From Polyangiaceae bacterium (GTDB lineage: Bacteria > Myxococcota_A > Polyangia > Polyangiales > Polyangiaceae): a DNA stretch of 64,000 nucleotides. Shown piece by piece: positions 48,843 through 58,399 of the stretch. The notes beneath the pieces were generated by a model. It made no database searches. It had not been told where the DNA came from and saw nothing but the letters and a program-made list of their open reading frames with translations. The DNA is taken from assembly GCA_044376115.1 (NCBI GenBank), contig JBILLK010000024.1, forward strand, positions 1-64,000, given 5' to 3'. Both the position numbers and the translations under genes were made by a program. The stretch's first letter is position 1. Each line of letters opens with the position of its first letter.

Positions 48843-50960
48843 TCACTCGGGCAAGAGGATTGAAGCCTCGTTCGTCTCGGACGCCACGCTGTTGCCGCTG
48901 AAGTCGCAGTCGATTGACTCGGCGGTGGCTCCGCCTTGCAGGGCGAGCCCGAACTCACCGCCGAAGGCGCGCACGCGCTCGAGTTGGTGCGCTTCGCCCT
49001 CCAGAACGATGCCTGCTTGCTCGTAGCCTTCGAACCAGCAGTCGGTGAGCTTCACTCCGTCAACGGCATCGTCTTGGAACACGAGGCCGGCGGAGATGGG
49101 CCCGGCCGGTTCGCTCAGTCCGTTGAGGTTGACCTTCGAGATCATGCTCGCGGCGACACCTTCAACCACCGTCTCGCTTATCTCGCCGCTGGCGTCGTCG
49201 CTCAGGAAGATGGCCGCTCCGTGCGTGTCCGCGATCGTCGTCTTCTCAACGCGGAGGGTCGTATACTTTCCCCCGGCGGCGATTCCGATGCCTTCGGTTC
49301 CATCGACCCCAGGAATGTTCTCGATCCGGCATGAGCGCACAGTGGTGGTGCTGGGCATATCGGTTTCTCTCGGAGCAAAGATCCCGTACTCCTCCGCTCC
49401 CGAGATGAAGGTTCGCTCGATGGTTGCACCGCCAGCAATGGTGGCGATCCCTATGCCAGCTTCGAAGCCGAACGCGTCTCGGAATGCGACGCCCTCGATC
49501 ACGTTGCCGCTCACGTGCGCGCCAAGAAGAAGCGACATCCCGGTAACCCCGACGTTGGTGATGACGTCCTTCTCGCTGAACAAGACGGGTGTATCTCCAT
49601 CAGCAAATGCCTGGTCAATGCCACCAAATTGCGCATTGGTCATCCAGTTGCCATTGGTGCGAAGCTCGCCAGCGTACTGAGTTGCTGCGGAGGTCGCCGC
49701 GTCGGTCAGCACGTTGCGCTCCGCCAGCACGACGCTGCTGTTTCCCTGCACGCTTAGCAACAAGCCGTAGACAAGATCCGTGGACTCGGCGACGACGCTA
49801 TCGCGAATCGTCGCGAGCCCATCGTCGACAGAAATCCCATAGCCAACCCGCCTGATCACCGACCCGTCGACGGTCAGCTCGCTGCCGCCTTCGACGTAGA
49901 CGCCAAGTGCAAAGGCGCCGCTGTCCGGCAAGACGGTATCGACGAAGACGTCTTCGGCCGAGAGCGAGGAGCCGCCTGCGGCTGCGAAGCCCCCGGTGCG
50001 GGCGCGCACGATCGCCGTCTGGCTCAGTTCGAGCTGGGCGCCTTGAGACACCAGGGCTCCGTAGGCGAAGCCGAGCGCGTCGGTGATGGCGACATCTTCG
50101 ATCAGCGTGCGGGAGACGCTGGCCACGGCAGTCCCTTGCACGTGGACGCCCCGCCCGACGTCGTGGATATGCACGCGTTCGATGGCGAGCTCGCCTCCCC
50201 CAGCGGCGATGCCCACCGTCTCTGAGGTCAAGGCCACGCCGGCGAGGCTCGCCGTTTCGCCCATCGCGAGCAGGACGCGCACCGTTGCAACGGCAGGCTC
50301 CACCGACGAGAGCGTCACCTTGCTCGCGCAAATCCCTTCGAGCCGCAGCGGCCTGTCGATCACGATTTCGCCTTCATAGCCGCCTTCAGCGATCACGATG
50401 CGATCGCCGTCAGCAGCGGCCGCCATGGCAGCGGCGATCGATGCGAAGGGTTTCGCGCGGGAGCCGTCCGAGTCATCGAGGAGGTACGCACGATCAACGT
50501 GCACGTCGTCCGCGGCCTCGACGATGGCGCCCCATTTACCGCTACCGCAGCCGGCATCTCCATCGATCGAGACGCAGCCGAGCGACGGTACCGGAAAGAA
50601 GCCAGCATCGCAGGCGTCGACGGGCGGAAGGCAGATCCCCCGAGCATCAATGAACTCGGCCGCGCAATTCGGTACGCCCACCGCAACGCAGCCCACGTCG
50701 ATGTCGGGCACCATACCCGGCGCGCACTTGCTCACGGACGGACGACACACGCCGTCCTCGATGAAGGACTCGTGGCAGCCGTCGATGCCGGCCGTCGGCT
50801 TCTCGAGCACCGGGGGAGCCGCGCCGCTTCCGCCAGAGCCTCCGCTACCGCCAGAGCCGCCGCTGCCACCAGAGCCGCCGGTGTCTGCCGGTTCGTCGTC
50901 GCCGCAGCCGGAGACGGCAGCGGCAACTATCAGGCACGCAAGGTGAATGTGGTTCTTCAT
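48843..50960 (-). CDS. Right-handed parallel beta-helix lipoprotein (DUF1565-like start)
   Basis: Lipobox VSGC, GGS linker, Cys-rich region, DGSRAKPFASIAAA and repeated PbH1-like strands. Confidence 0.82.
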   Translation of the reverse strand: MKNHIHLACLIVAAAVSGCGDDEPADTGGSGGSGGSGGSGGSGGSGAAPPVLEKPTAGIDGCHESFIEDGVCRPSVSKCAPGMVPDIDVGCVAVGVPNCAAEFIDARGICLPPVDACDAGFFPVPSLGCVSIDGDAGCGSGKWGAIVEAADDVHVDRAYLLDDSDGSRAKPFASIAAAMAAAADGDRIVIAEGGYEGEIVIDRPLRLEGICASKVTLSSVEPAVATVRVLLAMGETASLAGVALTSETVGIAAGGGELAIERVHIHDVGRGVHVQGTAVASVSRTLIEDVAITDALGFAYGALVSQGAQLELSQTAIVRARTGGFAAAGGSSLSAEDVFVDTVLPDSGAFALGVYVEGGSELTVDGSVIRRVGYGISVDDGLATIRDSVVAESTDLVYGLLLSVQGNSSVVLAERNVLTDAATSAATQYAGELRTNGNWMTNAQFGGIDQAFADGDTPVLFSEKDVITNVGVTGMSLLLGAHVSGNVIEGVAFRDAFGFEAGIGIATIAGGATIERTFISGAEEYGIFAPRETDMPSTTTVRSCRIENIPGVDGTEGIGIAAGGKYTTLRVEKTTIADTHGAAIFLSDDASGEISETVVEGVAASMISKVNLNGLSEPAGPISAGLVFQDDAVDGVKLTDCWFEGYEQAGIVLEGEAHQLERVRAFGGEFGLALQGGATAESIDCDFSGNSVASETNEASILLPE

Positions 50961-51053
50961 GAGCTGGTTCCTACAAATCGAAGGTTGGGGCTACGTAGAG
51001 CCGGTTTCTGCGCGCGAGCGTCCGCTCTCGCGTGCGGACGGAGTCCTCCTTGG

Positions 51054-51650
51054 TCACAGCTCGTAGGTGGCAACGAGGTCGACGGAACAGGGGAAGGTCA
51101 AGTCAGCGCAGCCGGGCCCCTCGCAGGTGATCGTGGCCAGGTAACGCAGCGTGAACGAGGCTGGGTCATTCACCGTCCCGGTGATCTCTTCTGGGGTTGC
51201 GATGACCGTGAGCATGGGGAGCAGGCTCGGCTCCGGAGGGCCCTCGCAGACAACTGAGCCGTCAGGCGAGTAGCTGCAGGTCGTGACGAGGTCCTTGGCC
51301 TCATCGGTCATCGTGAACGTCGTGTCGCTGGTCCACTCGACGACGACCGGGAGGAGGCTAAAGTCGAGTCCAACGCAGGTATTGTTCTCAACCGAGTCGA
51401 CAATTCCATCGTAGGAGCCCTCTTCGAGAGGGAACTCAGGCGCCGAGCCGCCCGAGCCTCCAGCACCACCCGGCCCCACCATACCGCCCGTGCCCCCGGC
51501 GCCTGCGGGCTCGCCGCCCGAACCACCCGAGCCACCCGAGCCGCCCGAGCCGCCCGATCCACCAGAGGCCTCGCTATCGCCACAGCCGAGCGTGAGAACG
51601 AGAGCGCAGAGTGAAAGACGATTGAGACGAAATGCGATGGGCTTGTTCAT
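51054..51650 (-). CDS. Hypothetical lipoprotein
   Basis: Lipobox TLGC, GGS linker and a small Cys-containing beta domain. Confidence 0.75.
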   Translation of the reverse strand: MNKPIAFRLNRLSLCALVLTLGCGDSEASGGSGGSGGSGGSGGSGGEPAGAGGTGGMVGPGGAGGSGGSAPEFPLEEGSYDGIVDSVENNTCVGLDFSLLPVVVEWTSDTTFTMTDEAKDLVTTCSYSPDGSVVCEGPPEPSLLPMLTVIATPEEITGTVNDPASFTLRYLATITCEGPGCADLTFPCSVDLVATYEL

Positions 51651-51709
51651 TGGATGGACTCCGATTGGCAATTGAAAGGGTTCTCCCGCGTGGCGGGCGG
51701 CCGATCTCA

Positions 51710-51757
51710 GTTATCGTTCGCCCTCGTTCGACTTGGTATTTCGGCCTTATTTCGCCG
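51710..51757 (-). promoter_or_regulatory. Conserved upstream motif, copy 1 (direct repeat CGAAATA-N4-CGAAATA plus a GATAAC box)
   Basis: The + strand reads GTTATCGT-N11-CGACTTGGTATTTCG-N4-TATTTCGCCG, with identical blocks and spacing at 57315-57362. Confidence 0.8.
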
Positions 51758-51864
51758 GCCCGCTCGTGCGCGGCCGCGGCCGCAGCCATGCTCGCGAGCC
51801 TTCAAAGCAAAGGCCCTCCCGCACTGCGGAAGAGCCTTACGCAGCGCTTTGCGTTGCCGAGGTC

Positions 51865-54800
51865 TCAGCGGCGCGAGATGCGGCGCCTCACCATCGCAGC
51901 CAACCCGAGCAGCCCGACGAAGCTCCACGCAGAGGTTGGACTTCCTTGCGTCGAGCCCACCGCACAATCGCAGCCTGAGCCCTCCGCCTCACCGTCGTCA
52001 TCGTCAGCGCCGCCGCTGCCGCCATCACCGCCGGAGCCGCCTTCTCCGCCAGCGCCGTTCTCACTGGAGCCGCCGTTCGAGACGCCAGCACCCGAGCCGC
52101 CTTCTCCGCCAGCACCTCCAGAGCCCGACGACGGCGCTCGCACGATCACGTTGATCGCATCGGTCGAGGTCGCGACGCCGTCATCCACGGTCACCACGAA
52201 GGTGTACGACGTGTCTTCGGCGACGATCGGGGTGACGAAGGTCGACAGGCCGTTCAGGCCCTCGAACAGCTCGATGGCGCTCGTGCCGAGCGGCGCCCAA
52301 GCGATGGTGATGGCATCACCGTCGGGATCGCTGCTGGCCGAGCCGTCGAGGATGACCTGCACGCCGCCCTCGACGTCTTGGTCGGGACCCGCAACCGCGA
52401 TGGGCGCTGCTTGGCAGATCCCAGCGTGAGGCACCGCGGAGCCGAAGGGCGTGTTGGTGATTCCAGTGAAGGCGAGGTTGTCGAGCGCCCAACCGAAGCC
52501 GCCCGCATCGACGTCAGAGCCGATGCGGAAGCGGAGGCGAACGGTCTGGCCAGCGAGCGCGGTGCCGAAATCGAGGCTGACGATGTCCGAAGCGGGGAAG
52601 GAGGGGTTGGTCGCCCCGAAGGCCTCACGACCCGAAAGGGGATTCCCATATCCAACGAAGATTGTGCCGGTGTAACCAGGGGCGACCACCGTGGAGACGT
52701 CGACCCAGGTGGCGCCGCCGTCAGTGCTGAACTCGATCACTCCGCCGTCGTACAGGTTGGGATCGCCCGGGAAGCTGCCGAACTCGTGAAGGTGTTCGAA
52801 GGTCAGGACGAGCGGGTCGGTCCCACTGACGACGAGATCCGGCGTCTCGAGTGCCGCGTCGGTGAGTTGAAAGGAGTTCAGCCCATGCCAGAAGTGGTTG
52901 CTGGCGCTCTCGGCCTCGCGTTGCCAAACGAAGTCCGCCAAGTTCCCGGTCTTGGCCCAGCCAGAGTCCGGGTGCTCAACCGTGTCCGTGGCAGAGGTTG
53001 CGTCCGGGTAGTCGACGTTGCCCTGGAATCCCACGGCGGCGCTGGTTCCACCGCCACAAGCAGTGGGCGCGTCCACTGCGATCTGAAACTCCAGGAGTTC
53101 GATACCGGCGAGAGACTCGCTCAGCGAGATCGGCACCTCGATGATCGTGCTCTCGAAGGCGGCGAGGGTTGGGACATCGACGGTTGCGTCGGGCAAGAAC
53201 ACCCCTCCCGAGCTGGTCGAGACAGTGAGGGTCGCACCAGCGAGATCAACGAGGCCGCCGTTGCGGACCTCCACGCTGACCACGCCGTCTTCGGCACCGT
53301 CGAGCGCGCCGTCCGCGTCGCAGGGGTTGACGCTGTCGCTCAAGTTGACGGCGCCTACAACAGCTCTCGCCGTAACGACGTCGCTCTCGACCACGCCGAC
53401 GAAGTCGGTGGAGAAGCGCGCCGGTGATTCGGCGCAGGTACCGGCGCCGCGCGCAGCGAAGGCCTGGGCGATGAGCAGCGCGTCAGCTTCATCCGCGGCA
53501 AGTGCCGCGGCGATCACGCCGTCGCGCGCTTCGGTGAAGGTGGCGTCGAGCGGGGCCATCTGCATGCCGGCGACGACGTAGTCGGCCATGCGCCGCTGCG
53601 CTTCGTCGAAGTCGTACGGCGGGCTGGGGAGCTCGGTCTGCGCGAGCATGCTCGCGTACGCCTCGAACATCATCGAGGTCCACACCTCGCCGGCGTTGTG
53701 GACCTCCGAGTTGGGGTTCCCTGCGAAGACTCCAAGGGGGACGGCGGGAAGCGGCTCCGCATCGCTGATATGCCTGAACGAAAGGCTGTTGATCGTTGGA
53801 TCGGTTGAGTAGGGCACCCGACGGATACCGAAGTACGCGAAGTCTGGGAGCTGGACTGTGGAGTAACCCGTCATCGGATAGGCTGCATCGAGCGGTTCGC
53901 CCTCCTTGATTGCAAGGTGCAACGCGACAAAGTCAGCCCAGCCCTCGCTCGTCGCGACGAACATGGAGCTTCCTCCAATCGCTTGCCGGAAATGCAAGTA
54001 GTGCCCCCACTCGTGCGCGACGATCATGTTGTCCAGCCCGCCATCCCGTTGCACCGAGACGCTGCGACTTAGGTCGACCTGGAAGGGCCCAGACTCCAGC
54101 GCCGACTTCAGCGCTTGACCATCCTCGAGCGACACCATCACCGCGCCGATCGTCGGGCTGGTGGGGCCGGGGCCCATGACGAAGGGCGCAGCGCCTGCGA
54201 CATTGTTGACGATGATCGCTCCGACAGCGCCGGCGGCCTCGGCATTGGAGACCTTCACACTGAAGGGACAGACCCCTCGATCGACGAGCACGATCGAGCC
54301 GGCCACGTTGTTGACGAAGGGCTCGCAGCCGTTGCTGGTTGCGGGGACGCCATCGTCGGCGAGCACCAAGTTGGCCGACGCGGTGAACTGCTGCGGGCCG
54401 AACTGACCACCCGTCGTCAAAAGCGGCACGTTGGCTGGCTGGACCACGAGCGACACCGACTCTTTGCCGTCCCAAACAAACATCTGCATGCGAGGGGAGA
54501 GGCCATCCGCTGGCGTCGCCATGTTGGCGTTGTTGAACTGCGCCGGCTCGCCGGGCACTTCGGTGTTGGAGAATGCTGAGTCCTGTGACTCGGCGCGCAG
54601 CACGTCGCCCCCTGCGCCGCCGCGTCCGTAGTTGAAGAACTGCGCGTTGCCGGCCTGCTCGGTAAAGCCGGAGTCATAGTAATAATCGTGGAGCCAGTTG
54701 TTGACGTAAAAGAGGTTGACCGTCGAGGCGTAGAGCTGGTTTGGCGTCGCGAGCGGACCTTGCGCGAGGTTGTAGTCGTAGTTGAACTCGTCAGGCCCGT

Positions 54801-55926
54801 TGATGCTCACGCGTTCGTCGCCGGTCGAGAAACCATCCGGGAAGCCGCGGTCGGAGTAGGCATCGACGTTGTTGCCGTAGGTCTCCGAGACGAAGGGACT
54901 CGTGGGGTGGGGCAGCCAGGGGTCGGGTACTCCACTAACCGTTGAGTTGAAGCCGTTGGCTTCGACCAGCGAGGGCGAAACGAAGCCCGGCATCATGCCG
55001 TCGGGGACGCCCGTCGGGTGCGGCGTCAGATCGACGTTCGGTCCGTCGAGCGGCCTTCCATCCACCGGATCGGCGAACACCTTGAACCCGATATCGGCGC
55101 TGAGGTTCTTGCGTTGCAGGATGCGGCCGTCCGCCGCCGCGACGATGTAGCGGACGTACTCCGATGAGGTGGTCGGCTTGTTGGCCGCATAAACCTCGAC
55201 GAAGTACGCCGGCACGAGCTCGTCCCCGACGGGGTAGAAGACCTTCTTCGCGCGCGCCGGATCCGAGAACACGAGCGGCGTCTTGCCGTTGGCGACGCTG
55301 AAGCGGAAGTAGCCCGCGTGGTCGACGTCTTTGTCTTGCGAGAGCTTCACGCCCTCTGCGTCGCTTCCAAATAGATCTTTGAGCGAGCGTTCCACCGCCG
55401 AACTCGGGGTGAGCTTGAAGTCGCGCGTCCCCGGCCGGCCGATCTTCGTCGCTTGCGGATGCAAGCTGCCGGAGAGCGCGACCAGCTCGCGGTTACGCCG
55501 CATCAGCACCTTGGCGTCGCTCTCGAACACTTCGATGCTGTCGAGTCGCTGGCGTAAGTGCACGATGATGCCGCCGCGGCCGGTGTCATGAACCTGCTGC
55601 ACGGTGGCGGTGCGCAGCGCCTCGTCGGAGAGACCGTAGACGTCGCGGAAGGCAGCGAGATGAGCGCGTGCGGCGCTCGCGGCATCGGGGCCTTGCGGCT
55701 TGCTCGTCGACTTGGGCGCGAACACGAAGTTCGGCCGGCCGGTGGCTTGATCGACAGAGGCGATGAAGCCGCCGAGCTTGTCGAGGCTCGTGCGCTTGTC
55801 GAGGCTCGCGCGCTGGGTCTGCGGTAAGGACGCGCGTACGTCGAGGAAGTCGGGGCCGTGAGCTTGTGCGGAGGCCGCAAACAGGACGGTGGCGGTAGCA
55901 GCGAGGAATCGGATCGATCGGTTCAT
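51865..55926 (-). CDS. M36 (fungalysin) metallopeptidase with FTP/PA/PKD-like domains and a MYXO-CTERM anchor
   Basis: Signal peptide, YGNNVDAY, GFTEQAGNAQ, NNANMATPADG.SPRMQM, HEWGH, SEGWADF, EVHNAGEVW and C-terminal GCDC...LLGLAAMVRRR. Confidence 0.93.
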   Translation of the reverse strand: MNRSIRFLAATATVLFAASAQAHGPDFLDVRASLPQTQRASLDKRTSLDKLGGFIASVDQATGRPNFVFAPKSTSKPQGPDAASAARAHLAAFRDVYGLSDEALRTATVQQVHDTGRGGIIVHLRQRLDSIEVFESDAKVLMRRNRELVALSGSLHPQATKIGRPGTRDFKLTPSSAVERSLKDLFGSDAEGVKLSQDKDVDHAGYFRFSVANGKTPLVFSDPARAKKVFYPVGDELVPAYFVEVYAANKPTTSSEYVRYIVAAADGRILQRKNLSADIGFKVFADPVDGRPLDGPNVDLTPHPTGVPDGMMPGFVSPSLVEANGFNSTVSGVPDPWLPHPTSPFVSETYGNNVDAYSDRGFPDGFSTGDERVSINGPDEFNYDYNLAQGPLATPNQLYASTVNLFYVNNWLHDYYYDSGFTEQAGNAQFFNYGRGGAGGDVLRAESQDSAFSNTEVPGEPAQFNNANMATPADGLSPRMQMFVWDGKESVSLVVQPANVPLLTTGGQFGPQQFTASANLVLADDGVPATSNGCEPFVNNVAGSIVLVDRGVCPFSVKVSNAEAAGAVGAIIVNNVAGAAPFVMGPGPTSPTIGAVMVSLEDGQALKSALESGPFQVDLSRSVSVQRDGGLDNMIVAHEWGHYLHFRQAIGGSSMFVATSEGWADFVALHLAIKEGEPLDAAYPMTGYSTVQLPDFAYFGIRRVPYSTDPTINSLSFRHISDAEPLPAVPLGVFAGNPNSEVHNAGEVWTSMMFEAYASMLAQTELPSPPYDFDEAQRRMADYVVAGMQMAPLDATFTEARDGVIAAALAADEADALLIAQAFAARGAGTCAESPARFSTDFVGVVESDVVTARAVVGAVNLSDSVNPCDADGALDGAEDGVVSVEVRNGGLVDLAGATLTVSTSSGGVFLPDATVDVPTLAAFESTIIEVPISLSESLAGIELLEFQIAVDAPTACGGGTSAAVGFQGNVDYPDATSATDTVEHPDSGWAKTGNLADFVWQREAESASNHFWHGLNSFQLTDAALETPDLVVSGTDPLVLTFEHLHEFGSFPGDPNLYDGGVIEFSTDGGATWVDVSTVVAPGYTGTIFVGYGNPLSGREAFGATNPSFPASDIVSLDFGTALAGQTVRLRFRIGSDVDAGGFGWALDNLAFTGITNTPFGSAVPHAGICQAAPIAVAGPDQDVEGGVQVILDGSASSDPDGDAITIAWAPLGTSAIELFEGLNGLSTFVTPIVAEDTSYTFVVTVDDGVATSTDAINVIVRAPSSGSGGAGGEGGSGAGVSNGGSSENGAGGEGGSGGDGGSGGADDDDGEAEGSGCDCAVGSTQGSPTSAWSFVGLLGLAAMVRRRISRR

Positions 55927-55953
55927 GGGAAGGTCCTTTGGCAAAAGCTCAGG

Positions 55954-57276
55954 TCAGAAGGTTTGGCTGGCGTTGATCGCGCCGAGGCTCGCGGGGCCGG
56001 CGGCCCAGGTGAAGTCGGCGACCGAAGAGCCGGGCCCGCCGGTGAGCTGGAGTGAGTTGGTCGCGGGCGTGGTCTCGTCCTCGACCAGGCCGATGTCCGT
56101 CGAGGTCAGGCCCGTCAGCGGAGGATCGACGCCGACGATCGCGCCGCCGTGGCTGATGAAGTCGACCGGGTTGTCGAAGGGATCGAGGACCGCGTAGGCC
56201 CAGTTGCCTTCGGGTAGGCCCTCGAGGTCGAACGAGATGGTGCCGAAGCCGTTAGCTTCATCGGCGATCACGCCGCCGAGCGGGCCAACCCCGGCGACGA
56301 TGGTGCCGTCGGCTGCGACCAGCACGAACACGAAGCCCCCGATGTCGATGCCTGCTGCGCCCGCGAGCTCGATCCCTTCGCCGACGTCGGGGTCGGTGTT
56401 GTCGTAGTGGATCTCATTGATCCAAAGGTTCAGGCTGCAACCATCGGTGTCTTCGCTGCAGGCCTCGATCGCCGAGCAAACAGCGCCGGGGGTCGCGCAG
56501 GCGCCGGCTCCATCGCAGCTCTCCTCGCCGTTGCAGAACAGGCCGTCGGAGGTGCACGCAGCGCCTGCGGGCGGCACGTTCTCATTGCAGGTCCCAGCGC
56601 CGTTGCAGGTATCGGCGTGGTCACAATCGGTGTCCATCGCGTCGCCGCAGGCGGTGCCGGAGGACACAGGCCCGCAGGTGCCATCGAACTGAGCGCCAGC
56701 GGCTTTGGAGCAGGCCATACAATCATCGAGCGTGTCGCCACACTCGACGTCGCAGCAGGTTGCATCGATGCAGAAGCCGCTCGAACAATCAGCGTCAGCG
56801 TCGCAACCGAGGCCGTTCGCTTTGGGGCCGGAGGCTGTGCAGGTGCCCTCGACGCAGTCCCAGGCGTCACCCGAGTCGGCACAGTCGGCTTGCGAGAGGC
56901 AGGCCGCGCACACCGGCGGCTCCGCCGTCGTATCGCAGCGTCCGCTCAAGCAATCTACGGTGTCCTCACAAGCGAAGCCATTGCTGCAGGTGGTGCAGCC
57001 CTCGGCGCCGCCCGCGCCGCCGTTGCCACCGTTTGCCCCGCTCGCACCCGCGCCACCGCTCCCGCCCGGACCGACGGCCTCACCGCCGGAGCCACTACCG
57101 CCGGTGGTTGGGCCACCACCGTTCGCTGCTCCGCCGCCGCCGGTCGCGTTCGTGTCGTCGCCGCAGCCAAGCGCCGTGATCAGCGCGAGCGTGAGGGAAA
57201 GTGAACAAGGGCGCAGCCAGCGTCGCTGACGCATGGGGTCGCTAGGGGCCTGGTGTTGCTTCGAGATAAGGGACAT
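55954..57276 (-). CDS. Cys-rich lipoprotein with a C-terminal lamin-tail-like domain
   Basis: RBS GGAGGA, lipobox ALGC, Gly linker, Cys-rich repeats and WINEIHYDN...EGIEL. Confidence 0.8.
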   Translation of the reverse strand: MSLISKQHQAPSDPMRQRRWLRPCSLSLTLALITALGCGDDTNATGGGGAANGGGPTTGGSGSGGEAVGPGGSGGAGASGANGGNGGAGGAEGCTTCSNGFACEDTVDCLSGRCDTTAEPPVCAACLSQADCADSGDAWDCVEGTCTASGPKANGLGCDADADCSSGFCIDATCCDVECGDTLDDCMACSKAAGAQFDGTCGPVSSGTACGDAMDTDCDHADTCNGAGTCNENVPPAGAACTSDGLFCNGEESCDGAGACATPGAVCSAIEACSEDTDGCSLNLWINEIHYDNTDPDVGEGIELAGAAGIDIGGFVFVLVAADGTIVAGVGPLGGVIADEANGFGTISFDLEGLPEGNWAYAVLDPFDNPVDFISHGGAIVGVDPPLTGLTSTDIGLVEDETTPATNSLQLTGGPGSSVADFTWAAGPASLGAINASQTF

Positions 57277-57314
57277 GTCGGTTCCTCCGTCGACACGTGT
57301 TTGTGTCAACGTCG

Positions 57315-57362
57315 GTTATCGTCAGTCCGCGCCCGACTTGGTATTTCGCCCCTATTTCGCCG
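57315..57362 (-). promoter_or_regulatory. Conserved upstream motif, copy 2
   Basis: GTTATCGT-N11-CGACTTGGTATTTCG-N4-TATTTCGCCG, about 40 bp upstream of the 57276 start. Confidence 0.8.
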
Positions 57363-57374
57363 CGTTCGAGCGCG

Positions 57375-58301
57375 CTACGAAAGCGTGGCTTGGCGCCGCA
57401 CGTCGAGCCGATCCACGCCGATGCGGATGCGTCCGGTGCCCATGCGGCGCTCCACCACGTTGGCTGCGCCCTCGATCGAGAGCGCGGCGAACTGCTTGCG
57501 CGCGCGGCATACGTCGACGTTGAGCCGCAGCTCGTCGGTCGCGAGCATGCGACAAAGCTCATCGCGCTCGAGCCAGCCGCGTTCGGCGGGTGGCAAGCTC
57601 GCGCTGGCGAGCCGAGCTCGCGCGAGCGTCGCGAGCAGATAGTGATAACCGCGAGGCGGCAGCAGGATCTCTTCATCCGGGCAGACCACGGTGAGGTCCA
57701 CGTGTTCTTCGTTCTGGCTCACCACGAAACGCAGCGTGGTGTTCTCGAGCGAGCGCGTGGTCGCGCCTGCTTCGGCGGTAGCGGTCCCGGCCTCCGGCAG
57801 CTCGAGCACCCACGGCTCGCCGCGCACCAAGATGGTCTCTCGATCGACCACTTCACGCGCGACGCCACCGTCTTCCAGCAGCCAACGTCCATCACGCGAG
57901 CCAACCACGCTCACCAGCGGCTCGGATTCTTCCGGCAGGACGATCAGCGACTGCGCGGCCAAGCGAACAGCGCCGCTCGCGACGTGGCGTGCGTAGGCCG
58001 ACGGCGGGCTCGCCTCGACCAGCACGAGGGCCTCACCGTCGGGGCCTCCCAGCGTGAAGGCATCCCCGGCGATGATGCTGCTGCGACCTCCCGCTGCGAG
58101 CCGCTGTTTGCCCAGGAAGGTGCCGTTCTTGCTGCCGAGATCACGCAGCTCCCAGCCGCTGCCCACCCAACAAACCAGCGCGTGTTCACTGGAAACCAGC
58201 GGCGCGTTCACGCGCAGATCACAGTTGGCAGCCCGCCCGATCAAGCAGCGTGATTTCAGCTGAATCTGCTCGCCGTCGGAGGTCCGCTCCAGGGTTCCCA
58301 T
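57375..58301 (-). CDS. FHA-domain protein with a probable C-terminal winged-helix DNA-binding domain
   Basis: IGR...VSSEHA...DLGSKNGTF FHA motifs. C-terminal LLATLA...GWLERDEL...LNVDVCRARKQF resembles the OmpR-type recognition helix. Confidence 0.85.
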   Translation of the reverse strand: MGTLERTSDGEQIQLKSRCLIGRAANCDLRVNAPLVSSEHALVCWVGSGWELRDLGSKNGTFLGKQRLAAGGRSSIIAGDAFTLGGPDGEALVLVEASPPSAYARHVASGAVRLAAQSLIVLPEESEPLVSVVGSRDGRWLLEDGGVAREVVDRETILVRGEPWVLELPEAGTATAEAGATTRSLENTTLRFVVSQNEEHVDLTVVCPDEEILLPPRGYHYLLATLARARLASASLPPAERGWLERDELCRMLATDELRLNVDVCRARKQFAALSIEGAANVVERRMGTGRIRIGVDRLDVRRQATLS

Positions 58302-58399
58302 GTCTTGCTTGGCATAACACACGATGGGGGACCTCAGAAGGTCTGGCGCAGCCTGTGTGGAGGCTCGCTCGCGCACCGCGGGAGGCGTAGCCTGCGTGC

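Noticed and set aside
50971..50998. Possible duplicated 3' end (VAPTFDL* versus VATYEL* of the upstream lipoprotein)
   Set aside because: Similarity is too weak at DNA level, unlike the purC case.
50820..51570. GGS-encoding 9-bp tandem repeats in lipoprotein genes
   Set aside because: Ordinary Gly-rich linkers after the lipobox, present in many lipoproteins in this window.
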